Below are positions 9,752-20,000 of a DNA stretch of 64,000 nucleotides, piece by piece. Made by a program: the position numbers and the translations under genes. Below the pieces are notes generated by a model. It was not told the DNA's origin and did not search any database. It saw only the letters and a list, made by a program, of their open reading frames with translations. Numbering within the stretch: position 1 is the first letter of the stretch; every line of letters begins with the position of its first letter. Source of the stretch: a virus (Duplodnaviria; Caudoviricetes); the IMG/VR virus record IMGVR_UViG_3300033067_000589, positions 1 to 64,000 of that record; one strand, written 5' to 3'.

Positions 9752-10783
9752 TTAATTAATGAATGAAAAAATATGTGCAATTACATCAACAGTCCAGCCA
9801 TTGCCAATCATTTTATACCTTTGTGAATTAGAAACACATGAGCTGTATCCCATAGGTATAGTCTGTAATATCTCACATTCTTCTGGAGTTAATTTACGAT
9901 ACCTTACGTTTTCAATTTCATATTGTGTTTTATTATCAGTATCATAAACAACATTATTATCTTTCTGTACGGTTGTTAGTGTATTTGTTTTACTATCATG
10001 CCTAACCTCCATTTTTTGAATTATAGAGCCATCTTCTTTGTATCTACCACGAATAGCACCGCACTTGATTACGTTATAAGGTATTCCTTTTTTATAATTC
10101 GCTACAATCGTATTAGATTTATTGTCTTTTGTTGGAGCAGGTGGATGAATCTCCCAGTGATTCCTTCTGCTTCTTATTCTTCTTGACATATAATCTAATG
10201 CTACTTGTGATAAATAATACTTATCTTGTATACTGGAATCATCTATCACATCTGCAAAATATATCTTCTTATCTTCCGGTTGCGTTATACCTTCTATATT
10301 TGTCCAATAGTATCTATTTCTGTTTTGTGCCGAAACTAATGCGCTGTTTATTAAATGTTTACTTACCTTTCCTAATGCCTCTTCTGTATGAAACGTAATG
10401 TATTCCTCAAATTCTCTTTTCATCTTTACGTTCTCTATTAGGAAATAAGCATTTGGATTACTAGATAGTACTTTCTTTATTATATCTAACATTACCCAAA
10501 ATAACTTCCCTCTTTCGTCTTTATCTCCAAGTTGATTCCCAGCTACCGACCACGCTTGACAAGGGAATCCACCAGTAACTAATCCAATGGAAGGCCAATT
10601 AATATCCCATTCTTTCCATTTTGTTACATCGCCTAATTGTATTGTATTAGGATAATTTTGTTGAGTAACTTTTATTGCGTACTTATCTATTTCAGACGCA
10701 TAATAGTTATCATATTTAATACCAGCACGATTAAGAGCAATTTGCCCACAAGACATTCCATCAAATAAACTTAATACATTCAT
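9752..10783 (-). CDS. DNA (cytosine-5)-methyltransferase
   Basis: LSLFDG (motif I), GGFPCQ (IV), ENV (VI), QNRNRYYW (VIII), R.LTPEECE.LQ, RYKMIGNGW (X). Confidence 0.95.
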   Translation of the reverse strand: MNVLSLFDGMSCGQIALNRAGIKYDNYYASEIDKYAIKVTQQNYPNTIQLGDVTKWKEWDINWPSIGLVTGGFPCQAWSVAGNQLGDKDERGKLFWVMLDIIKKVLSSNPNAYFLIENVKMKREFEEYITFHTEEALGKVSKHLINSALVSAQNRNRYYWTNIEGITQPEDKKIYFADVIDDSSIQDKYYLSQVALDYMSRRIRSRRNHWEIHPPAPTKDNKSNTIVANYKKGIPYNVIKCGAIRGRYKEDGSIIQKMEVRHDSKTNTLTTVQKDNNVVYDTDNKTQYEIENVRYRKLTPEECEILQTIPMGYSSCVSNSQRYKMIGNGWTVDVIAHIFSFIN

Positions 10784-10794
10784 GTTTATATATT

Positions 10795-11550
10795 TTAATA
10801 CCCAGAACTTAAAACGTTTACACTTGAACCTTCTAGTCTTCTAGCTATATCAGCTAAATTACCTCCATCTACCATACTCATCACACTTGGCACAGACTTG
10901 TTTTGATGACTCTTAGCAGAAACAATGAGTGTATCAAACTTCTTAGATAGTGTTGTTGTAGATAGTATATTCTTCTTCCAGAAGTCATCGTCTCTCAAAA
11001 ACTTAAATACTAATCTAAATTGTTCTACATCTGCCTGTTCGTTTTTGAGCATATCGTAGATGGGATTTACCCATGTTTTATATCTTGACCTACCTTTTAT
11101 CAAGTTGGATGTACCGCCACTGGATTCAATATTCTGCACAAATAAGCCAAAAAATGCTTTCGTAATCTCAAATGCTTTGACCTCTAGGGTATCCTCAGAT
11201 TCCCTTACTTCTTCAATAGTGACCTCATCTAACTTCTTTGTGGCCCGACCACCAAACTTACCTTTCTTCTTTTTCGTATCCACCTGCTTCTTCTCTCTCT
11301 TTACAAATACTGCATCTTTCACTACAATAACAGCATTACCTGAGAAAGCTAGGTATCCATAATCTAAAAGCTCTTGTAATTCGTCAGAAACATCTTGATA
11401 GATTTCACCTAAGTAGGCATTGATAAAGTCAATATCCTTTTTAGTTTTTCCATCGTAATCTGCCATAGCCATGATGTCTATGTAAATCAACCTAGCTAAT
11501 GGAGATAATCTCGAATCGTGTCTTACAGACTTTGGTGATACTTCAAACAT
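10795..11550 (-). CDS. Phage replication initiator (N-terminal HTH, O/DnaD-like C-terminus); likely start MFEVS at 11550
   Basis: VRHDSRLSPLARLIY N-terminus and DDFWKKNILS...L.KKFD.L C-terminal motif. Confidence 0.75.
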   Translation of the reverse strand: MFEVSPKSVRHDSRLSPLARLIYIDIMAMADYDGKTKKDIDFINAYLGEIYQDVSDELQELLDYGYLAFSGNAVIVVKDAVFVKREKKQVDTKKKKGKFGGRATKKLDEVTIEEVRESEDTLEVKAFEITKAFFGLFVQNIESSGGTSNLIKGRSRYKTWVNPIYDMLKNEQADVEQFRLVFKFLRDDDFWKKNILSTTTLSKKFDTLIVSAKSHQNKSVPSVMSMVDGGNLADIARRLEGSSVNVLSSGY

Positions 11551-11686
11551 GATAATAAAAAACCCCAATAGGTAGGAGTCTATTGGGGCGTTGGTTGATA
11601 AGTGAGAAATACAGAAAACTCACTTGGTGAACCACTCTTTGAAACTCCTACCTTTCAAGGAGTGGTTCTTTGTTGATGCAAAGTTA
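11551..11686 (-). promoter_or_regulatory. Promoter (TAACTTTG, 11679..11686) plus three-hairpin attenuator-like leader
   Basis: Hairpins at 11629-11668, 11600-11625 and 11563-11588. The first and last loops are complementary; the last hairpin is followed by U6. Confidence 0.7.
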
Positions 11687-11729
11687 CTACAAAAAGTAAA
11701 TACCATGCAAGAAAAATTTATATTTTATT

Positions 11730-12380
11730 TTAAATATCCTCTGCTTCTTTTAGGACAGAATAGTCAAACTGTGGATATGCTGCCTTGAATACGTCAATAT
11801 GATATGTATTCCGGTAGCCATACCTTGTACTTGGCATCTTTTTTATCTCATGACCAAGTACGGTGCTATGCTCTTTTAGTCTCCTCCAATTAAAAGTTTT
11901 TTCATGTACACCTACACACTGTGCTACCCTTAAAATAGAAGCCCTTTCCATTGACCTTCCGAGAGCTTCTGTTAAGTTCTTTGCCTTTAATTGAGCCAGT
12001 TCTTTTGCTTCAAACTCATCAGCCCATGCTCTCGCTGCCTCTGCTGGGTTGTTAAAATTAGGCATTGACAATACGTTCATTTTCTTTTCGCACTCAATAA
12101 AGTAATTTCTTGCAGCTTCTCCTTTTTCAGTTCTCGCCATCATGGCTAATCTCTTTGCAAAGTCGATTGTAATAGAAAAATCTTTAGTTTCATTACCGTT
12201 CGTCTTAATGACGAACCCTGCCCAATCCTCATTTTCACGTGAAAAGGGATTATCTTCAATATTTTTCTTAGACCATCTAGTCCAATTGCTTTTATCTAGC
12301 TCAAGAAAATCATACAATTCTCTTGCAGATACTACCTGCTTGCCTCCTTGTGATTTTTCAATCTTAATTAATCCTTCCAT
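11730..12380 (-). CDS. AntA/AntB antirepressor-family protein (likely start MEGLI at 12380)
   Basis: VSARELYDFLE, ENEDW, ITIDFAKRLAMMARTEKGEAARNYFIECE motifs. Confidence 0.9.
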   Translation of the reverse strand: MEGLIKIEKSQGGKQVVSARELYDFLELDKSNWTRWSKKNIEDNPFSRENEDWAGFVIKTNGNETKDFSITIDFAKRLAMMARTEKGEAARNYFIECEKKMNVLSMPNFNNPAEAARAWADEFEAKELAQLKAKNLTEALGRSMERASILRVAQCVGVHEKTFNWRRLKEHSTVLGHEIKKMPSTRYGYRNTYHIDVFKAAYPQFDYSVLKEAEDI

Positions 12381-12515
12381 TTGTAAAATGTGTAAAATAA
12401 AAGAGGGTACTTTATCTAAATGGCTCGCACAGGGGAATAACATAAAACCCCAACCATCTTCGATAAAATACCCTCAAATTTCTTTAATGTCATTTTTAAT
12501 CAGTGTGCGACCGAT
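12381..12515 (-). promoter_or_regulatory. Structured leader RNA homologous to 34777..34905
   Basis: 5' hairpin loop (TCGCACA) complements the TGTGCGA bulge in a long downstream hairpin followed by U-rich sequence. Confidence 0.7.
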
Positions 12516-12567
12516 ATGAATACAACGAATCTCATGATTAAAAAGTTTCGTTTTTCTTAAAATTATT

Positions 12568-12795
12568 TTAACCTAAAGATTCATACCAATTAACACTTCC
12601 ATTTGTTTTATTATGAACAATATAAAATCCTCTATCTTTTTTGTTCAACTTATATACATCTTCTTTATCTGTTGATTTTCTTGGCATTTTGTATAAGTCA
12701 TAATCTGATATATTCGCACCAGTCAAATGAACTCCGTTAATTGTTACACCATATATGCTTGCGAAAATATTATCCTTTTCAACCTTTATCTTCAT
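12568..12795 (-). CDS. Hypothetical protein
   Basis: 75 aa ORF in operon. Confidence 0.55.
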   Translation of the reverse strand: MKIKVEKDNIFASIYGVTINGVHLTGANISDYDLYKMPRKSTDKEDVYKLNKKDRGFYIVHNKTNGSVNWYESLG

Positions 12796-12805
12796 ACTAC
12801 TTAAA

Positions 12806-13231
12806 TTATTTTACCTCATCTTGAACAAATACCTCTCTTAATATCAATAAGTAAACATCTGGATATTTGTCGTTTTCTATTTTTGACACTGGAATGATCA
12901 ACGTGTCTGTCTTTAGAAAGTTAGGTACGCCTCTTGACCTATTGGACTGATTAATGACTTCACGAAGGAAGTAAAGTAATTTCCTGTTGTAAATCCTCGT
13001 ATATCTATGTCTTCCGTTTGTCTCAAATCCATCTTCTCCTTCTCTTGTTTTCCCTATGTAAAGTTCTGGTTCTTTTTCAGTTCCATTGTTGTAAAGAGAA
13101 ATTGATTCTCCCGGATTGATACCTAGTAAATTTGATAAACTCCTATTGATTCCTATTTGATTACCACCCACCGAAAGGCATGGGTGTTTTTTTGACATTT
13201 TACTTAAATCTGTTACATCTATCTTTCTCAT
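12806..13231 (-). CDS. Hypothetical protein
   Basis: 141 aa ORF overlapping the helicase stop. Confidence 0.6.
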   Translation of the reverse strand: MRKIDVTDLSKMSKKHPCLSVGGNQIGINRSLSNLLGINPGESISLYNNGTEKEPELYIGKTREGEDGFETNGRHRYTRIYNRKLLYFLREVINQSNRSRGVPNFLKTDTLIIPVSKIENDKYPDVYLLILREVFVQDEVK

Positions 13232-14643
13232 TATAATTGGGGCATAAACTTCTTCTTGATAAAAAACTCTCTTTTATATAGGGCTGAAAGATAACGACAC
13301 GCATTTAGTTTCACCATCTTTCCATCGTAATTTCCGGGTTCAAACTTATCTCCACTCAACCAGAGTAAATATCTAGTTTCTACCTCCCTTAATCTTTTAC
13401 CCTTATTCTGTCCGAAAGGTACAACTTCAAATCCAGAAGAAAAAGAAGGCTCTACCAAAATTTCTTCTGAATCACCTGCTTTTATCTTTACCCTAAACTT
13501 TCTAGGTACGTCAGAAATAATGTTATTGCCGGACAACATGACCCATCCGTACTCTGGATGTTTCTCGAATCGAAATCCCTGCACTGGGCCAAACTTTTGT
13601 GTATTCCCTGACAAGTCCACAACAATGGCTCTCTTTTTATTTTCATGTATCCTTACTAATCGACCAATATGTTGATACCATATCCTGACAGACCCAGTGG
13701 GTCTTGCGTGAATAATGGCATCTAGTTCCGGAAAGTCAAATCCTGTACCTAGTACATTTACGTTGATTAGTGTACGAATTTTCTTCCTCTTGAAGTCGTC
13801 AATATACATATCTCTGAGATCGGAGGATAAATCACCATACACTGCTTTTGAATCTGGTATGTGAGATTCTAGTTCTTTTGCATAATCTACACTAGGAACG
13901 AAAATTAAAATACTATTGAAATTACACAACCGCTCAACCATTCTTTTTATCTGGTCTGATAGTTTATTCTTATTATAGAAAGCACGAACTGACTTTTCAG
14001 TATATTCCGTTCCCCCTGTGTTCAACTTGAGTTGGCTTGTGTCTTGATTAAAAACACGATATTCTACGTTTGACCAGTATCCATTGTCAATCAACTCTTG
14101 TATTTGAGTTACGTGAATAATATCTCTCCAAAATGAATGATAGTTTTTTGTTACAAACTCAATAACACTTCCTTCTTCCATGGATTGCTTCATTACAATG
14201 GGTGTAGCTGTCAATCCAATTACCTTATTTGCCTCGATTCCTTTGACAATCTTATGAATACTCGATCCCCTTTTATATGCTTGGTCACATTCATCAACAA
14301 TTACTGTTTTTACTCCTAATTGAATCAAAGTGTCTATCTCATTTACTACTGACATGGGTGTTGCAAATGTAATCTTTCCTATTTTCTTAGACTTGAGAGA
14401 GCTTGAATAGATGTGTGCTTTATTTCCGTAACTGATATACTTGTTGTAATTCTGAATCAATAATTCCTTACTTGGTTGTAATACTAAGACTGGCCCATTT
14501 GCTAACATTGCTGCTTGTGCGATTAGAATACTTTTACCAGCTCCTGTTGGTGCTACGACCACACTAGGCAAATCTGATTTATTATTCATGTAGCTTTCAA
14601 TCGCTGCTACTGCGCTTTTCTGATAACTTCTTAGCTCAAACAT
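13231..14643 (-). CDS. SF2 DEAD/DEAH-box helicase (UvsW/RadD-like) with C-terminal DUF3820-like motif
   Basis: APTGAGKS, VDECD, GLTATP, NVNVLGTGFDFP, QHIGRLVR; C-terminal PFGQNKGKRL.EV...YL.WL. Confidence 0.92.
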   Translation of the reverse strand: MFELRSYQKSAVAAIESYMNNKSDLPSVVVAPTGAGKSILIAQAAMLANGPVLVLQPSKELLIQNYNKYISYGNKAHIYSSSLKSKKIGKITFATPMSVVNEIDTLIQLGVKTVIVDECDQAYKRGSSIHKIVKGIEANKVIGLTATPIVMKQSMEEGSVIEFVTKNYHSFWRDIIHVTQIQELIDNGYWSNVEYRVFNQDTSQLKLNTGGTEYTEKSVRAFYNKNKLSDQIKRMVERLCNFNSILIFVPSVDYAKELESHIPDSKAVYGDLSSDLRDMYIDDFKRKKIRTLINVNVLGTGFDFPELDAIIHARPTGSVRIWYQHIGRLVRIHENKKRAIVVDLSGNTQKFGPVQGFRFEKHPEYGWVMLSGNNIISDVPRKFRVKIKAGDSEEILVEPSFSSGFEVVPFGQNKGKRLREVETRYLLWLSGDKFEPGNYDGKMVKLNACRYLSALYKREFFIKKKFMPQL

Positions 14644-14666
14644 TCCTACTATGTTGTTTTATAGGG

Positions 14667-14697
14667 CAAATTTACTAAGAATTTTCATTATTTCAAA
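14667..14697 (-). promoter_or_regulatory. Canonical Bacteroidota promoter for the helicase operon
   Basis: Minus strand TTTG-N19-TAAATTTG. Confidence 0.8.
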
Positions 14698-14890
14698 GAC
14701 CACTTTCACATTTTTACACTATTCTCCCATTAACAAAAGTTTCCCTTTTGATTTTTAAAAGTCAAGTTACAAATGCAGGTTGCATGGACTTGAAATATCT
14801 TAATAAGGATTAGGTGTCTTTTATCATTTATTGCAAGCTCGTGCAGGTTGTGAAAAAAAATAACCTAATGGTACGTAGTTGATAGATTAG

Positions 14891-15634
14891 TTACCTTCGG
14901 AATCTAATCTGACTAGAGTGTCTCCTTGAGATAGGAACTTCGGTTAGCTTACCTCCAAAGTTCATTAGACGACTACCTCTTTCGATAATCTCTTCTTTAC
15001 TTTGATTGTAAGTCTCAAACTTACACCCTGTCGCAATGATTTTTCTCTTTCCAACTTCGTACTTCGCCAGAGTTTGTTTCTTTCTTCTGTTAGCAGCAGT
15101 GGAAATACAACAACCTCCTGCAACAGCAGCGTAAGAAAGACTTACTAGGTCATGAGCTGTCTTTTTACGCCCATCCTTAACTCTCTCTCTTGCCCCTGTT
15201 CTAGGGTCAGTGGTAGTATATCCTCTAGCAACGGCAGCTTGCTTCGCCTTCTGGAGTTCAATATACAATTCCATCACATCTGAACTAAACTCAGAGTAAG
15301 TCTTAGTACTATAAGAAAATAGTACATCATTATCAAATTTTACATACCTAGGTCGCTTCACGCCAGTTTGCGATATAGCCAACTTCTTAGTGGATAAAAT
15401 ACGATAATAGCCATCTCCCAAAGGGATAGCAAGACCTGCATCAATAAGTTTTTGTAGATAGATTTTAGCGGTTCTTCTTTTAAATTGAGTTGCATCCATC
15501 ACATCTGAAAAATGAACCCTACCGCCATGAAAAGAACCAATTTGAGCCAAACGAGTATAGGTAAGAGCCAACTTTGTAGTTTTGTCTCTTTGCGATAGAT
15601 AATCTAATGCTCCTATGTAAACTCTGGTATTCAA
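14891..15634 (-). CDS. Basic, putative winged-helix DNA-binding protein
   Basis: TTG start; 'RRTAKIYLQKLIDAGL' HTH-like segment; K/R-rich. Confidence 0.55.
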   Translation of the reverse strand: MNTRVYIGALDYLSQRDKTTKLALTYTRLAQIGSFHGGRVHFSDVMDATQFKRRTAKIYLQKLIDAGLAIPLGDGYYRILSTKKLAISQTGVKRPRYVKFDNDVLFSYSTKTYSEFSSDVMELYIELQKAKQAAVARGYTTTDPRTGARERVKDGRKKTAHDLVSLSYAAVAGGCCISTAANRRKKQTLAKYEVGKRKIIATGCKFETYNQSKEEIIERGSRLMNFGGKLTEVPISRRHSSQIRFRR

Positions 15635-15671
15635 GTGTGTTGTTCTTTTACGTGTTGTCGATTGAACGCAT

Positions 15672-15729
15672 CAAAATTACAAAGGAGTGGTCTAATATGC
15701 AATAGTTTAATAAAAAAAATGTAAATTTG
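15672..15729. promoter_or_regulatory. Divergent promoter pair at the strand switch
   Basis: TAATTTTG on minus (15672-15679) and TAAATTTG on plus (15722-15729). Confidence 0.7.
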
Positions 15730-15748
15730 TCAAAAAAGGAAATGCAAT

Positions 15749-16435
15749 ATGATACACTTTCCAGAGGTTACAAGTCGAAGTAAAATAGGTAGAGCTATTG
15801 AGATAATATCTTCATTTAATGGTGGTAAGCCAAGTGACGACAGGGATACTAGGCTCATTAGATTAGTTATGTCATCTATTGATGCAGTTTATGCTGAGGT
15901 ATTGAGAGAGGACTTGCAAAGAAGGCAATTATTAGGAGAGGATATAAATCCACAGACTTACTTTTCGTATGAGTGCGAACCAATAGAACTTAGTGAAAGT
16001 GCTTGTGAGGAATGTTCATCTACTTACCGGGTGAAACTACCAGAACTTGCCCAGTACTATGGTTATCCACTTATCGCAAATGTAGGAAATAGCGTAGTTA
16101 AATTTACTCAAACAAGAAATAAGCAAGAGGCTACAACTATCATAAAAGGGAGGCCCTATATGCCACCAAAGCCAGCTTATTATATACTTGGTGGATTTAT
16201 GTATATCCTACTCCCTCCAAAATATAGGAAACTAAAAACAGTTAGTTTTGATGTTGTAACAACTACTCCATCGAAAACTGTAAGTGATAGTTGTTTTGAT
16301 ATATGGTCAGATGATTACCCAGTAATGGAGAATTTGTGGCCCATGGTAAAGGACAGGGTTGTTCAAAGATTGATTGAACCAAATATTAGAACAAGAGGTG
16401 TTGTAGTTCAAGACGAAGTAAACGACGGTAAATAA
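15749..16435 (+). CDS. crAss-like tail ring/adaptor protein
   Basis: About 230 aa with 'DDRD..LI..V', 'KLPEL' and 'D.YP' pattern; first gene ahead of the muzzle. Confidence 0.55.
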   Translation: MIHFPEVTSRSKIGRAIEIISSFNGGKPSDDRDTRLIRLVMSSIDAVYAEVLREDLQRRQLLGEDINPQTYFSYECEPIELSESACEECSSTYRVKLPELAQYYGYPLIANVGNSVVKFTQTRNKQEATTIIKGRPYMPPKPAYYILGGFMYILLPPKYRKLKTVSFDVVTTTPSKTVSDSCFDIWSDDYPVMENLWPMVKDRVVQRLIEPNIRTRGVVVQDEVNDGK

Positions 16436-17031
16436 TGCACTATACATTAGACGATTTATTAATAGATGTAAACGAGGTTATACGAAGACCTGATCCGGAA
16501 TCATTGAGGACTGCTATTGTTAGGTATGTCCAAGAATGTTACCGGATTATTGACCCAGCAAACAAACTTTCAGCAGGTAATGGATTCTATCACGTAATTC
16601 CAGAGGGAAACTCAATCACCGTTCCTTTTGGAATAATGAATATTATTGACGTGTACGATGGTGTAGTTCCTAAAGAAACATTGAGCAAAGATATTCCAAT
16701 GCCGAGAGTTCAATTTAGGCACGATCGTGTCTCTAATAAAATTAGACTTGGTAACTTTAGTAGCAATAAATTAACAATACTTGCGACAAAGATACCAACA
16801 GATGCTGATGGTAATTTGATTATTGTAGATATTATGTACAATGCAGTTGTAGAGTATTGTATTAGAAAGTATCTACTAATTGAACTTACGCATAAGAAAC
16901 AAGAGCGTTCTACTTTAAATCCATACATGGAGTGGAAAAGGGAATCATCAAGGGCTATGGATTCTGCGAGAGCAAGAATATCTGAGATGACAGTATCTGA
17001 CATTAGAGAACTATTAAAATCACTTGTGTAA
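16435..17031 (+). CDS. crAss-like tail ring/adaptor protein
   Basis: 'IPTDADGNLII.D...AV..Y' motif; lies immediately before the muzzle gene. Confidence 0.55.
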   Translation: MHYTLDDLLIDVNEVIRRPDPESLRTAIVRYVQECYRIIDPANKLSAGNGFYHVIPEGNSITVPFGIMNIIDVYDGVVPKETLSKDIPMPRVQFRHDRVSNKIRLGNFSSNKLTILATKIPTDADGNLIIVDIMYNAVVEYCIRKYLLIELTHKKQERSTLNPYMEWKRESSRAMDSARARISEMTVSDIRELLKSLV

Positions 17032-20000
17032 TGCCTATATCAAAAAACACATTCTCCGGTGGTATGGTTCAAGACTTAGATGTACACAACCAAAGACCCG
17101 GAACTTACAGGTTCGCAAAGAATGGACAACTCATAAGAAATGAGGGTGGTGATGATGGAAATGGAGCGTACTACGCCTTTTCTAATATAAAAGGAACTGA
17201 GTTGGTATCTCAAATTCAAAATGGATACGTTCCTATTGCTGCTATTGAAGTTGATGAGTACATATTGACTCTTTCGACAAATGGAACAAACTCTCAAATA
17301 AGCAGGTTCGTTTATGATGGAGAATCATTTTCGCATCAAATCTTATTTAATGACAAGAACGATCCAAACGGAGATAAGTTAGGTTTCTTTATACCTAATC
17401 CAGAGGAAGATTATCCAAACATTAGTCTTTCATTTGAAAACGAATACACGAAAAGGATATATATTTCAGATGGAAGAAACCAAGATAGGGTATTTAATCT
17501 ATCTCAAATGTTTCAAGGGTACGATTGTGAAGGGATACTTCCATTATCAAATACACCAATCCATGTAGGAGCAGGTGAAGTATCTAGTGTACCATATCCA
17601 AAACACCTATCTGTACATCACATGGATTTGCAGATGGATTTAGTTTATCCAAAGTTTAAATTTAAGCAAAGGATAAATGGTTCGTTAAAAAGAGGTGCAT
17701 ATCAATATGCAGTAAGATATTACTCTGATTCTGGTTATCGCTCAAACTGGCAAACACCATCACTTCATGTGCTTGTTACTGGAACTCACTTCCCAAATAA
17801 TCCAGAATACCTAACAGAAGGAAACGTAGGTTACTCTCATCACAACAGAGAGATGGCTACCACTGGCGATGACTCTATTGTAAACGATGGATTAAAGATT
17901 GAGTTTAAAGGTTTAGATACAAGGTGGTCTGGATTTGAAATTGCTTTCCTTTACTCAAAGGTAGATAGTATCACCCATGAGGCTATGATATGCTACAAGC
18001 ATAAAAGTAATTGTGGTACAACTACATTTCCATCTACTTTTGTTTTTGACCATACAAAGCACGCTGGAATACCTATTTCTACTGATGAATTTTTAGGTAG
18101 AGACGAGGTGATACTTTCATCAAAAGCATCCATTAACTTTGAAGATAGGCTGTATAGGTTTAATGTAGAAACGTTGCCAAACATTGACCTAGATTTATCT
18201 GGTGCTGAAATATCAACCAAGTTTAGGTATTTGGATTGCGATGATACGATTGAGCCAACGTTCACCGCTGTGTCGAACCCTAGAACCGGAAGGCTAGATG
18301 GCGATCCACTTACAAATACAACTATCAAGAACTCAAGTGTATCTATAAGCACATTTGGTTCAAATACAGAAACGTATGATATTGTAAATGACTACGTAGG
18401 ATATAAAGGTCAGCAAATAGAACACTTGTTTAGGCAATATATGTCTGGTGAAACGTATGGTATTGCACTTGTATTGATTGATAGAAAAGGTAATACTTTA
18501 TTTGCTCAACACATTGATGACTTTACTTTCCCGGAGCAATTTGATTCAGTAGGTTCAGAAGAGTGTACATTGACTAAGTTTGATGGGGGTACGTATAAAT
18601 TAAGAATCAAAGGTATGTTGATTAATAACATTCGCATACCAAAAAACAAGATTCGAGATAAGTATGGTAAATTAAATATATCTGGATTCAAGATTGTAAG
18701 AACAAAAAGAAATGGAAATATACTTCATCAAGGAGTTTTAGTTCCAGTGACTGACACCGTTGTTTCTGCCGGATCATCTATTCAGACAGGAGTACAGGTG
18801 AAGCCACATCCGTTTGTTTCAACGAACTACAAAGATGTTTATTATAACGGAACATCTCATAGATTAAATAATCTACAATTTGGGCCTGCATTTTCAGTAA
18901 GAGAAGAGGTGGATAACGAAAACTTTGTGGATGTTATTGATGCGGTTGCTGGATATTCCCTTTATTTTTCTCCAGATTTAATGATTGAGGGAAGGCATGA
19001 CTTTGTAGACACTGACACCATAAAGCACGTAGGAACTGCTTATAGGGCGTATGTTTCTGATGAGATTAGATTATCAGGCCCACCACTTCCAATGAGTAAT
19101 TATAATCTACATTTCTATGGAAAACAGTATTACACTGGGCTTGATTCTGTAAATGGAGATACTGACCTTTGGCAAAAGTATGGAAGAAAAAAAGTAGGAG
19201 AGACAAGTAGATTGAAGTTTGCTACTCTCATTACGGATTATATGACTAATCTAAAAGGATTCGATAAGGATGCCACAGAGATTGAATTTAAGAATGGAGT
19301 AATAGATGTAGCGGTTCATGTAACATCAAATGACTTAAAAAGAGCAAAAGGTGTTGGGGCAAAAAACTCTGTACTCCTTGGTATGCTTGACTTTGAGCAT
19401 ATTGATATTCGCAATGGAAGTAAGAAGGCTGGTTATCGAATCGTAAATTATATCCGACCAAATGATAACTACTTAGCCAACGAAAATACAGGACTTGATG
19501 CAAGGCTTTATCAATCAACCGGACACTATCAACCCATCACAGAGGAGGTATTGTCTAGTGTGGATAGTGATGCGAATGACTACATTTTTAATAACGTAGA
19601 AGTTTGGGGTGGTGATACATTTGTGAGCCTCTTTGATTTCACTCGTGTAGTTCCTGCTGGAACAAGGAATTGCTCAACTGAAAAGACATGGGCAAACCCA
19701 TTAAATGAAGATGGGATAAAGTTGAATTATAGAGCAACAATTCCTGATGGCGTGTATCCAGAGTTCGCTTCATCTCTCATTGTTCCAATCGAATCTAAAT
19801 ATAATTTATCACTTCGATTTGGCAGGAGATTTGCAAAAAATGCAACATACCCACAGTCTGCGTATTGTGATGATGTATCTCCACAGTATTCTGGAGGTAT
19901 TATGTCTTTCCAGCCGGAGTCTTTTGCAATAAACTCAGTACTACTTCATACTGAAAATATTGTATTCTTCACGCAAGAACCACCAGATTTAACCCTACTA

